Shown one piece after another: positions 24,791 to 44,623 of a stretch of 64,000 nt of DNA. This DNA comes from Balanoglossus misakiensis (lineage: Eukaryota; Animalia; Hemichordata), in the NCBI GenBank assembly GCA_040954595.2, contig CM082579.2:7739625-7803624 (forward strand), written 5' to 3'. The notes beneath the pieces are model-generated. The model was not told the origin of the DNA, made no database searches, and worked only from the letters and a program-made list of their open reading frames with translations. The stretch's first letter is position 1; every line of letters starts with the position of its first letter. Both the position numbers and the translations under genes were made by a program.

Positions 24791-27700
24791 CACAGCATCA
24801 AAGACAAAAGGCAAGATTCTGTAAATAAAACCGTGTAAAAATTGCAAAAAAAAAATCACTACATTTCTGTGAGGTACGTCACAATATTCAAGAGGGCTGA
24901 ACAGAATGAATTATCTTTACCTATTTCCAATTATAGCCACCCCCCCCCTCTGAAATGGTTTGTCAATCAGTATACACTTGTATGTGCAGTTACAAAAGGG
25001 CAATTCTGATTTGCCGATTCTGCTGTGGCAGATCCATGCCAGCCAATCAGAAACTTGCTCCTGAAAATGTCTGTGTGCATAGCTGTCTTCACTGGAATGC
25101 TAATTTCTACAAGCCATCGGATACACACATATCAAGATGTGTTATACATCATGCACAGCTTTTGCACTGTCGTATGATTGTGTTGACCTGGTAGAGTGTG
25201 TCAAAGGTCACTCATCCTGGACGTTTACCACCTACCGTTACTTCTCGTGTTTTTTTTTGAGATGCTGATGACATGGTCTTAATTTTTAGGAGGGGGGGGG
25301 GGGGCGCCTGACATTCCAGGGAATGGATATTTTTTTGAAATTTTGTCAATTTCAAAATAAACTACAATAGTGATACATATCTTGGTGAGCATTAACAATA
25401 AAGAAGAAATAGGTTGGGCAACACAGAGTTGACGTACATGTCTACTGCAGCGGGACTTTACTTATTTCTTTCCCCAAACTGGAGGATCAATTTCCTTTAA
25501 ATAATGTAGAAAAGGAAGTAGATTGTACCGGTAATATTTGAGGGGTACATGGCTTTTGGTTTATCTGGTAACAAGTAATTACAAGTAGTACTTAGTCAAT
25601 TTTTTTTGTTAGATTTTTTTAAAACTACATGTAGTAGAATTTTAAGACATTTTTTTCATTTACCACAAAAATGTAATTTTCAATTCACTGTGTCGGACGT
25701 ACTGCATACTCTACTTCTCCTGGTAAGGGCCTATGCTCAGTTGGAAGGTCAACCTCATTTACTGTGAAAATTATTCCTCAATATGATGAACCAGTTGATT
25801 TTCGTTCATGCGTGTCCTATAAATAAGGTCAGGTGCAATAGTTGGTTGGGTTTGTGACATAGCAATACAGGAAATTTCCTAAGAAATGCTGTTGTAAGTT
25901 CGCTTATTAAGTCAGTTCCGTTGTGGCTGTCATGCTAATTTTATGTGTACAGTGATTGCTGTGGACGACCGACAGTCAATTGGTATTATCCATTGTATGT
26001 TTTCTGTCTCTTTACTCCACTGTATCAAGACTCATATTCACAAGCTGAAAGTTGAGCTCACAATAAATGCGCTCTACACAAGCTACAGGGGCCATTAACA
26101 GCAACACCTGTCTACATCGAAAACACTGTTGGGAATATTGTTTAGATTGTAGGATTCTTGTTCACCGTACACAGGTTTACATTTGTATTATCTGTTCGGT
26201 GAACACAGGGTAGAGCAGTGTGCAGTGTTTGGTGTAGACAGGTTTTCAACTATTTCAATACGCACAAATATGTACATGTATGTTGTATTATTAATATTTT
26301 AGTACTTTATGTTTGGTGTTAGAGTCATTTCTGTTTTGTCGTTCTTTGTTTGACCTATCATGGGGAATCAGGTATGATTCACTGATGGGAAACTGCAACT
26401 GTCTGCCCAACTATGTGAAATATCTGTATAACTTTGCAGTCAATCGACCTGTATTCATTAACATGCATTAACCAAGAGTTCTTTGTCTGACGAAAAATAG
26501 ACACACTTTGACAGTAAATTTTATCACCTGTGCCAGTAAATGTGAAGCAAGCTGATGAAAAGAGACTTGCTTGCAAAGAGATGACGTTCTGACTTGTAGA
26601 TTGCAGATTCGGTTCTGTGGTGTTTCACTTAATAGACAGGCATAGCATGTCCCGTAATGGCCAGTCATTATGCTATTTGATTGCTTAGATAATGTGGAAG
26701 TTCTAAAACATTTGGCTGCATTAACATTCAATTTGTAGGCATATGCGTTTTGAGACGGCGATGGCTCTTGAACAGGCCACTGTGAATGCAGTTACACTCA
26801 AAGTCGTTATGTGATCTGGTCGAATACTCAGGGTAAAAGGAAGAAGAATTTCTATTTTAGCAATTGAAAGACAAATGTTATTTTAATCCTAGTCTTTGTG
26901 TATATTGTATTTCTTCAAATGTATCGCAATACTGTGCAATGTTCTGACCAGACCAGATGTGTGCATGTGATATTTTGTGTTTTCAAATTGTGCTGAGATA
27001 TAATATTCATGTCAGAAGTTGATTTTGTGAGAATATTGTTTTGCGAAGTAGCATTTTTATATATTTTGCACAATATTATTGGTATATATTAGACACATTT
27101 GCCTACATGTAGGTTTTTCGATACAAAACCCATAACTGCAGTATTATAGGCTTTTGCAGGAATCTAGCGCCCCCAGTGGCCAACATTCAGACTTCAGGAG
27201 TCACTAGTTGGTGGTGATGGTGGGCAAATGGTGTTCGTTGTAAATGGCTTGCCTTAAATTGTACAGTATAAGCATCAAGGTTTTGGGGAGTTTTGTATTG
27301 AAAAATGCAAAAGTTCATTGTCTTCTGGAACCCAGAAACTACATGTACATGTATTTTGTGTCCCTGTATTTTGGCAGCAAAGATGCTTATTTGTCAACTG
27401 TTTTGCTGTGGGTCACATGTTTATATACACCTGTGGTGGAATATGTAAAATTTACATTCATGTAGTAACTACGCCACTTGGAATGTACGCTTCCATGTCG
27501 AACCCAACCACACATCTAAATATTTATACATAACAATTTATACAAAGTATTCTCATTTCTGTCAAAGTTAATTTCCAAATGTTGATGTGACATTATCGAT
27601 ATCATTATATTCATCAGTCAGTTTCATTAAAAGAAAATTGTCGTGGGTGACTTATATTTCACCTTGTTTATTGGTGGTACAAAATTCCAGCTGCGATACT

Positions 27701-29851
27701 GTTAGCGACCTGCGGTGATGCCGGGTTAGCCGTGGGGGCTATTATTCGGTCCACTGGTTGGTGCTGGTGTTATTTTTGCTGGTACCAGCTCCTTCAATCC
27801 TTTGCGGTCGGACCGGCTTTGCATGCCACCCACAGCCGGTGCTATTAGTCTGTTTGTTGATTTAATGTGAATTTATAACGATAAGCCGAGTACCACGCCC
27901 TCCGGTTATCATCTGTTTTCCCCCTCTGGTACGATGAGATGGTGTTTGGTTTTAAGTGGGCATGTGCGTAAGGGTTTCACATGAAGCCCGTGGTTGGTGC
28001 GGGAGACAGATCTCCTGTGTAATATCACCGGTGTTTGAAGCGACTAAACTGGCACGCCATGGCCAAGATTGAGATAGCGCGTACACTTGAGCTATCAGTC
28101 TGGTGGCGTCTTTGCGACAAAGGGTGGTCGGAGGTTTTAATATGTCAAATCCAAACAGTGTTTTGTGTATTTTTTTTTCACGTTTTCATCTGTGGCCGGA
28201 CCCTTTTCGGGAAACTGAACAGCAGGATTTTCTGCACATGTTCCTGGATTGTCAAAATTTCCCCCAAATTAAAAGAAACCCGCAGTCAACTTTCCAGATG
28301 ATAGTTACCGAGGCCGGTGTGTGCGTGGGACGCAGATGAATCCGCGCCAATTTCAAGATGCGCGATTGGTATTGTTATGTCTGAGTACCTAGTATCTGCA
28401 GGCATCTGTCATCCACTATCATCTTGTTTACAAATACACGTGTGTGGCGCAACTGTCACTGAAGCCGCAACCCCATCAATGTTGCCTTGGCAACCTATTA
28501 CGGGTACGAGGATGCGGCGCCATTCTTATCATGAAACTCACGATTCTCTCCTCTACAAGGTTCCGATTTTTAAGGGTCGCTTCTAACCTTGTATGATTCA
28601 GATGGAAATATTGCCAAAATGCGACCGACTTTATTACGCAAAACCTGCCATTTTTCTGTCTTGTTCTCGGCAAACTGGCAAGCTATAAATAAATGATTTG
28701 AATGTGTAGGCCCTAATAACTATATGATTGTAAAAGTAACTTATATTAAGCCGCACTTCACGTCAAGTCAATCGCACAACAGCAGCTGCTGTGCATGTTG
28801 TAAATGGATCCCCATGTGCTGCTAACTTTTATCGTTTTCCTCCCCCAGCCGCGATTACAATTACTTGCATCAAGTTGAATCAATCAAATTGTACCCAGGC
28901 AAGTGTCAAATGATGACGTAACGCGTGAACCCGTTCGGCTTTCTCTTACGAATCTTGGCAGAAATTTAATCCAAGAAGGCAGCTCGGTTTACCAGACTGC
29001 CAGATAACTTCACTGCACCAGACTGCTACAGGACAAAGGGCGCGGCATTCTGTGATAAAGAGCTATCAAAAGGATTTGCAGAATATACTCTGCCGAAGGA
29101 TACGGAGTAATGATCATTATTTTCTACGACCGTGTTTGGCGGGGAACGGATCACTCTGTTCCCCAAGCATAACACCACCCACGTCACGAGAAGCTTCACC
29201 GCCACCTTGGCAATGTACGGGGATCACCACGCATCACTGAGCACACGACCCATGCCTGTTAACAGTTCCAAAATATCTCCAGGAACACGCACCCCTAGGT
29301 GACACCTGATCAAAAGACGCCGAGGTTTTTGGCATGATCTGTGTCTGTCAGTCGAGCTCAACTGCGAGCATTAAAGCTACTACACAAAACTTTCGCTGCC
29401 GGTCGACGGTCCCCTGAGTGCGGGGCGTAGAATGATGACCGTTCTCTCCCGAGGTGTAAAACAAATCCGCGCACACCTCAGGAAATGTCGAGGCTGTTCA
29501 CGTGTCATTGTACGGCTACCCTGCTGCATCTCATAAACAATATGGACTGCATGGCTGGAGGAATGGGCCGGGAGGGAGGGTGGGGGTATACTTTACAAAC
29601 CGGCACGCGATTCCTCGCATGAAACCCGTTTACATATACATGTAATAGTAACGGTTAGGCAACACCGGGGAGCTCTTCGGGCTAAGGGTTGACTTCAGTT
29701 CGCGAGCTTTTGACCGAAAACGGCGGGAGGGGGAGGGAACTGGGTTTTACCGCCGTAGGCTATCTCGGAAAAGACCAAACAGCCTTCTTTAGGAGCGCGG
29801 TGTTTCACATTTCCAAATCAGAACATTACTTCACGGCCATTTATTAAAGTA

Positions 29852-29926
<75 letters not shown>
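29852..29926. repeat. (CAT)n microsatellite, about 25 units
   Basis: Read directly. Confidence 0.95.
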
Positions 29927-29928
<2 letters not shown>

Positions 29929-32900
29929 CTCAATCGCTTTGGCGATTTGCCAAAAACAAACATCTCTCGAACACAGACCAGCATTCCTGTGACAATATGG
30001 AAAAAAATACGGCCTTCTCTCCCAAACTCGACCCTTGCGAGTGTCTATTGATATCAGATTCAAACTTAGAAATGTCGAAAATGTGCCGGCGAGTGTTTCC
30101 AGTAATTGCTTGTCAAAGAAGATTGCTAATGAAAATGCAAGCTGCTCTGTCCGTAATATTAACAGACGTAACACGGGGTGAAATGTCAGCCCATCAAGTA
30201 ACAAGAACATGATCGCCGGCACGTGACAGTATGATGGCAGTAATCACTTTCGTGTGTTGAATGGTTTCACGTAATATGCCCTCATGATGTTAGTTGTTTA
30301 TTCGGTGAATTTGTATTGACTTTGGATAATGGGAACCGAAAATAAATGGGCGAAGGTTAAGAGTGAAATGTAAGAAGCAGAGTAATAATTCGTAGTAAGA
30401 ATCCGGTGAATGGAGGTGTCGGATAGACCTTCAATTATTGAAGTTACATCACGTCTTCATTTCTACCCTGGAATGAAGTATGTCCAGACAATTGCGGTTT
30501 TGTATGAGCTGGAGAGAAATGCTGCCAACAATGGAGTACCTTGTTTTTGTCCGAAGTCTGAACCCGAGAGACCGATGCATTACAGTGTTATTACAAGAAA
30601 CGCTCGGTGTGACCTGTATTCGGCGGCTTTTGTGCCCCCGTGTTTATACATCCTAATGAATAAGTCTAGGCACCCCCGAGACACGGCCACTGTGACGAGA
30701 GAGAACCGCTGAGAAACTGGCTTTAGGGATTTGATCGCCAGCCATAGTTTATATTCTGCAACAGATATCCGTCACCCGCAGTTTACTTTGAACGGCCTTG
30801 GCAGTGACCCTACTCGAACTATCATCTCCGAACCCTGCGGAGCATTAGTTATCACCTCGGCCTATAAATACTTAAATCGCAAACACTGTCTCAATGTTGT
30901 GATAACAGTTTGTCTACATTAACACCAAATCACTGGCGTGGCAACTTTCTGGTTGAGTGGTTCCAATAATCAGACCCCAATTTTTTGGATAACGCGACTC
31001 CAAACAACTGTTCAATTCCTTCATAGACCGAGGGCAAAGCGTCGAACATTACTGTACTAACATAGGTAAAACAAAACTAAAAGATTTTGCATAAGATCAT
31101 ACCCGGTGATTCCCGTACATCGGGTTTTATATTCGCTGAAATGTTCTACATCCGAAGCATGCGCGGAATTTAGCCACATTGCCCCGAGCAGGCCACTAAA
31201 TTTAGACAATACAAACCATATGGAGCTTACCATGCGCATGGCAAATCAGTTGTGACTAGTGACAGTGTTGGATCATTCGATCAACTGACTGTGTCCTAGA
31301 GTGTATGCCACAATCCCAGAGACCCTGGAATTGCTCTAGTGGATTTTAATTTCATGATTTTTGGAATCAAAATTCGTATTCATATATATGTGCATATAGG
31401 TGCTAACCTTTAACACTAACTGATATAACACATTTATATCAAACATTGCTTGAGGATCAAGAAGTCAATGGAATACCTTCGGGTCATTTGATGGGTCACC
31501 GGAAACGCGCGAGCAACTTAAGATTTGCCCGACCTACCGATAATTAGAGGCTCGTGCAAAAACATATCGAACGGCCGGCAGATGAAATCAAGCCGCTACC
31601 AGCCTCACCTTAGCCTCACCCTACCCCAAATTATAACGGAAAAAAATCCCCAAAAGTGATCATACATTGATTTTCGAGGCGCAGTCTACCTCAAGTTAAC
31701 TTCGAGGTCCACGGTGTGCAATAAGAATATATCCCAGCTTCGTGGAGAACTTTTTTAGAAAGGCGTGGTCAAGTAGTCTGCACTCTGCGTTTCAGTCTAA
31801 AAGGAGCAATTATCCACCCCAGAAAATTTCGCATTTGACCGCAGGGTCTAAGAAACAAAATTAACCTTTTCAAACCCTTTCCAGTAAGAATGGCTCTAGC
31901 CTTGGGCGCATAATCCCCGCGTGTTTGCTGAAACTCTTGAGACGGGAAATTCAAGTCCTCCGTGTTAAAAAACAAAAGCGAACGCTTTTACTCAGAATGG
32001 CAACTTTTAAATGTGACCTCAGTTTTGACGATAGCTTATTCAAAGAAGAAAACACCGTGCATTGGAGCGGCTGAGGGAAAAGGGAAAACTTTAAGTGATC
32101 ATACGCTACACCGTGAAATTACTGACGCGTCGGCCGATTAAATCGTTTCTTTGGTTTAATCCAACTGTGTCTCGGTGTTTATTCAAGTATAGAAACCCAC
32201 CACAATGCTCCACTGATGGAAGCAATTTTTGGCCCGAGCAATCATGTCAACGATGACGGGTCGAAGTCACGGCTGGTTCCTTTCATTCGACTAAAACCAT
32301 TTGAGTGGTTTGTCCGTCTTGCAGTTTGTAAAAGGCACGCAGACATTCAATTTGTGGAATTTTCCGCTGTTCCAGGCCACCATCAATAATCATAGGTATG
32401 CAGTTTCAAATTGCTGTGTACCTGAAAGTATTCCTTGGTCACTGACCCGAGTCTGTGTTTGTTTGTCTATGTGTGAGAGAGAGGGGCGAGAGAGGTTGGA
32501 GAAAGTTGGACAAAGTGAGATGGGAGAGAGAGAGACAGACAAACCGATGCCCCATAACCTTGTCCGCTTCTTTGTCGTACGCGTGGTTACCGTGGTTACG
32601 AAGGTAAACTTCGGCAGCTTCGCGCCGATGAGCTTCCCAGATTACGATCAATCAGGTGAAACGCCCTGATAAGAAGAACGTTGTGTTGGCACCGGTAACT
32701 ATCGGACTTCGCCGCCAGTTGCCATAAAGACCTCGCCTGCACCACAAATAATAAAACACCCGCTGATAAAAATCACACACTGCAAACACAAAAACCGAAT
32801 TTCAACGAGTAAGATTGCGATTGACAGCCTGTCGTTTTTTATGAGCATTTACTGATTGTTTCTGGTGTAGCAAGATGCGACGTTTTGGCTCACGCACATG

Positions 32901-33439
32901 TGCAGTAGATCAGATCAGAATGGCCACAAAAAAATTCTGAAATTCACGAATTAAAACCACCTCTCTTGACGATAGCGATGATAAAATAAACATACGAATG
33001 AACATGTACAGAACCTTACACTTTTCATCTGAAATTTTTCACTTTTATAGTTAGTATTTTCTCTTGGAAAAACGTGATGTACAAGTAGTAAATGTCCCAG
33101 ACTGGTCATGTCATTTCGTGTCTCGAAAGGGCTTCGTCCCGTTCCATGCTGATATACCCGCCTGCAGTGCATTCAACTGTCACGTGCCGGGAGAAAAGTG
33201 TCGTACACATTTACGGAACTGACCACGTGTTTCAACTCCTGCGCTACCTTATATCCTGCCATTTTCGGCGGGTGGCAACTTGTCCGAGTCCGCCATTTTG
33301 AAATCTTAAACAACCATCAGGATTGTTAGACTGTCGTCTCTTTAACTAATTAAAAACTCGGTGCATTTTCTTGACTACCAGCGCAAGAAAATTATGACAG
33401 AATAACCGCTAACGACCCACCCTAAAGATGTCTATCGTG

Positions 33440-40581
<7,142 letters not shown>

Positions 40582-42454
40582 CGTATGTGTCTGGGAGAGG
40601 GTGACAGACCCGAGCCACGCGCATATACGTAGGTGTTCGTCGGTCACCGGGCGTATGTTTACAGCGGGCCGGTACTGGAGGCGAAGCTGTGATCACTAAG
40701 TTATCCTAAAGTACTAATGACTACAGACGACGTCAGTACTGTAGCGGCATAACTTAGGCCCTACATGTGTGTGTTGAAGTCTTGCACACCGTCTAACTTC
40801 TGTCGTCCACAATATGCCACAGCTGAGTGACCATGGTCCGGTGATGAATATGCAAATGACAGCTTCCTTGAGAGTCGTGTCGTATTTGCATATTGTCTGA
40901 AGGGTTCCCAGGAGTGTTGTGACCTGACTAAATCTCGATTCGGGAGATCGCCTCTCCGCGTATAGGTTCCGACATGCCCACAGCAAATGCTGACTGAACC
41001 AACCACACTCGGGCAATGCGCGAATCTCACTGTCAATAATTACAACAGAGCGAATGCCGATAGTCCGGGTGAGGTCAACTCAGGCTGACCCCGCGGCGCT
41101 GCCAGGATATGTGTCATATACGTGAGATTTATTAGACGGTCCACCACCACTTGCCCAAGCTATCCAATAAATATTGGCCAGTGTATATGCATGAGCAGGT
41201 CCGCCTCTGCTGCATGGTTAGTGGCTTACTCGCGTGGCGGGAGTTTTGTCGGCAAAAGTTCTTGTATATTCAAACTGCTCGCACGGATTCATTGCGGCAA
41301 CTTGGAAAATTTGACATTTTTGCCACTACCACGGTCAGGCCATATGATAGAATGAATATAATCTTCAAGTTTATCTGAAGTAATGAATACACAACGTATT
41401 TTCCGAGACATTATTTAAAGCAAGGCATTTTAATGTGCGCAAATATAAAGTGTACTGGAACCCATCTACGGCACTTTAGTTATGATGATCTCAAAATGTT
41501 TCCTGTAATTACGCGCCGCGAAAGAGAAGAGCACCCGCGCTCTAATCTACAACGTGTGTTCAGTAAATGCGTGCCACGTGTGAAATCCCGTCAGCGATGA
41601 GAAGACTGCGCGGCATCTGTGCCTGCGAGATAGAGTGCGTATAGTTTTTACAGACATCACACCGAATCAGTCAATTTGACGACCGTGCTTCCGAATTGAA
41701 AGGTGTGGCAGATTTTCGTTTCTTCTGAAGTTCTGTCCCCGGTGGTCGAATCATTTTCTTGTATTTGTCACTGTACGTTTGCATGGATTCTGATATCAGA
41801 TAGCTGATTTCGAAGTGTACAATATACGATTGCAGTGTGCCCACACGACGTTAATCAAATTTTCTGAATGCCCGTGTATTTACTTTGGCTATCGTTACCT
41901 TTACCTTACCTGATTTCTTAATCTTGACAATGCTGCCGCTGTGTAAAGTAAACTATAGTCTTGTATAACAGTTAAGAAAGGTCATTAAAATATAGCATTT
42001 CGGCTCCACTTGGTACATTTACTCGCCGGCCCTTGACATGGCCTTAAGAACTCCAGGTTCCTGTACAGTTTATGGTTAAAAATCTGCTAATAAAGTTACC
42101 TTCATATGTTTTTGTGAATATAGTAACGGTCACAGTTCGGTTGAGGCGGAAAAAGGACGCCGCGCGAAAATATGATACGTAACTTGAATTTCACACCAAT
42201 AAATATACTCCCGTACACAACATACGTGAATTTTTTTCTGGAAATGAAGCATATTTAAAACATTAAGATAAGCCTGGAACAAATAAAATAAGTAGTTAGG
42301 AAACATTATCCGCATATAGATGTATATGCGGTGATTTGGACCATGGAAATTGCTTGGCGTAATGAAGCGCCCTCGTTGGGCCAAATCAGTATATACTATC
42401 GTCTCGAAATGGGAGAGCCCGGATAAATCGGACCAAAGTAAAAATGTCTATTAA

Positions 42455-42958
42455 AGGCATGTAAGCTGTAACTTTTGGGATAATTTTCATAATTTTTTTT
42501 TCAAACTGCACTACCATTAGTCCATGCAGATGAAGGCAGTGAACTATACACAAGCATTATAAACCCTAAATATGAGTGCATATGCAAGTTTTAACCAGAT
42601 AAATAATAAAGCTTTGCCGCAAGCGATTATGGCCGCCACCATGAGAAAATGCAAGAAACTATGAAAATGTTGCATTTCCGGTTATGAAACTTCATAAACA
42701 AAACATGATCTCATCCACTTGAGCTCATGGAAGTAAATGTACACCACTGAGACACCAGATTTTCATTTTTCATTGCAATATTGCACTTTTTTAAAAATTG
42801 CAGGAATTTTCGTTTTTCTTTAATTTTTGGCCATTTTGTCATAAATAAGTGTTGAGCTTGATATATTATCATGAAATAGCATTTAATAGACATAATTAAA
42901 AGCATATATGAGATTATTTAAAACTTTAATTTTTTATCCAGTTGCAGCTTACGTGCCT
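42455..42958. mobile_element. Non-autonomous DNA transposon (MITE), Kolobok-like, TTAA target duplication
   Basis: TTAA|AGGCATGTAAGCTGTAACT ... AGTTGCAGCTTACGTGCCT|TTAA: 19-bp TIRs matching 17/19, TTAA at 42451-42454 and 42959-42962, AT-rich non-coding interior. TTAA TSD with 5'-RR termini is the Kolobok pattern. Confidence 0.8.
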
Positions 42959-43636
42959 TTAAACCCCCTTGTTCTTTGACAAAAATAATACTACATGTAT
43001 TAGAAATTGTCCAGCACTACTAGTATTAGCAGGGTTTTGGGGCAGGCAGACTTGTTTCCAATTATCTTTTAATAGCTATACGTATAGTTGCCTCACCCCT
43101 TCGCCATCACCGTCCCGCTGGTAACACCCTAAAAAAAGAAACTGCTCATCCCTTTGTTCTTACAGTGCCCTGCTTTTTAAGGTCACGATTTGGGCAAGAA
43201 TCCTAACAGATAAACGGATCGGATGCTGTCTATTGTTTATCTCAGATGAATCCCGATAACCCCGAGACAATGTTGGAAACTCAACTGCAGATTATAAATT
43301 GTCCATTTTGCAGCTTTTGGTAGTCTGCGCAATGCGTATACGTACTTTTTTCATTGTTGTCCCAAAATAGCCAAATTGATTATGACAACAAACGCTGGTG
43401 ATCGTCCAGCGTAGATCAGCCAATCGCACACAGCGACCCCAAAACTGCAAACATTCAGTTTGAACTCGTCAACTCTATATAATACTGGGTTTTAATAGTT
43501 TTTGGTGAGAAGTCGTTGGAGGCGGGGCCCATATCGTCCTTGGTAAAAATAGAAACCCATATTGGCAATTTCCCAGTCGTTTATTTATAATAGCGGTACG
43601 TTATTAATTACTCACAGCCAGCCTCCACCAAGCAAG

Positions 43637-43986
43637 ATGGCCGTCGACGGAACCGCCGCCGATTACCGGAAGATGTCGACCGACACAGTCGACAAGTTGT
43701 TGGCCTATGAAAAAGACACCGAAGGCTGGAAACACATGAAGACCTCGGTAAATAATTTATTTTTGTCTATCCATCTCGATCGGACCCGATGGCCGACAGT
43801 CGCACTGACTGGGTGTGCGACTGTCATGTTAGTTGCGCACGCAGCGGATCGCACCGAGCTATAGTTAAAATGTTGTCCACCACGATACATCTGATGGTAG
43901 CCGCGAACGCAGATCTGCGAAGCGATGGCGGGAGTTGTATTCACCCGGTTCGGATGCGACATGGTTGGAACTGGGCATGTCATCCA

Positions 43987-44028
<42 letters not shown>

Positions 44029-44565
44029 ATTAAATAGATTCCGCCCCTGTCAGTTTTCGAACGACGTTGCGTAATAACGATTCGAATTACCGGAATATCT
44101 TTCCAACCACCACCTGTACTATATATAGGGCAGCATGGGCGGAGTCCTCCATGCCCGATATCAAAATTAGTTTAATGTTCAAAGCGATATTTGTGATCAG
44201 ATCAATGTCTATCTGTCTGTCTGTCATCAGTAGCTGATCGAAATTTATTTTTGGTTATAGGGTCTTTGATAATATGGTGAGCTTCGTTCTCACCTTTGTG
44301 CTCATGTGCAGAAGTCAACATCACCACGAGATCAGCATCGGAGAATATTTCTCTGCGCGGTATTTTTTCCTTGAACACCACAAAGTGCGTTGACGCACAC
44401 AGTGGTGTAGTGTGCGTGTATGTTCGTGTGACGTATGTTGGACGATGCTGTGGAATTAATTTGACAGTTATGGCTAGCAACAGGTGAAGTGGTACTCGGG
44501 GAAAAGACGAAAAGTAGTTCTGTCTGTCTTTGTGTCTGTCATTGTGTTTGTCTTTCTGTCTGCCC

Positions 44566-44623
<58 letters not shown>

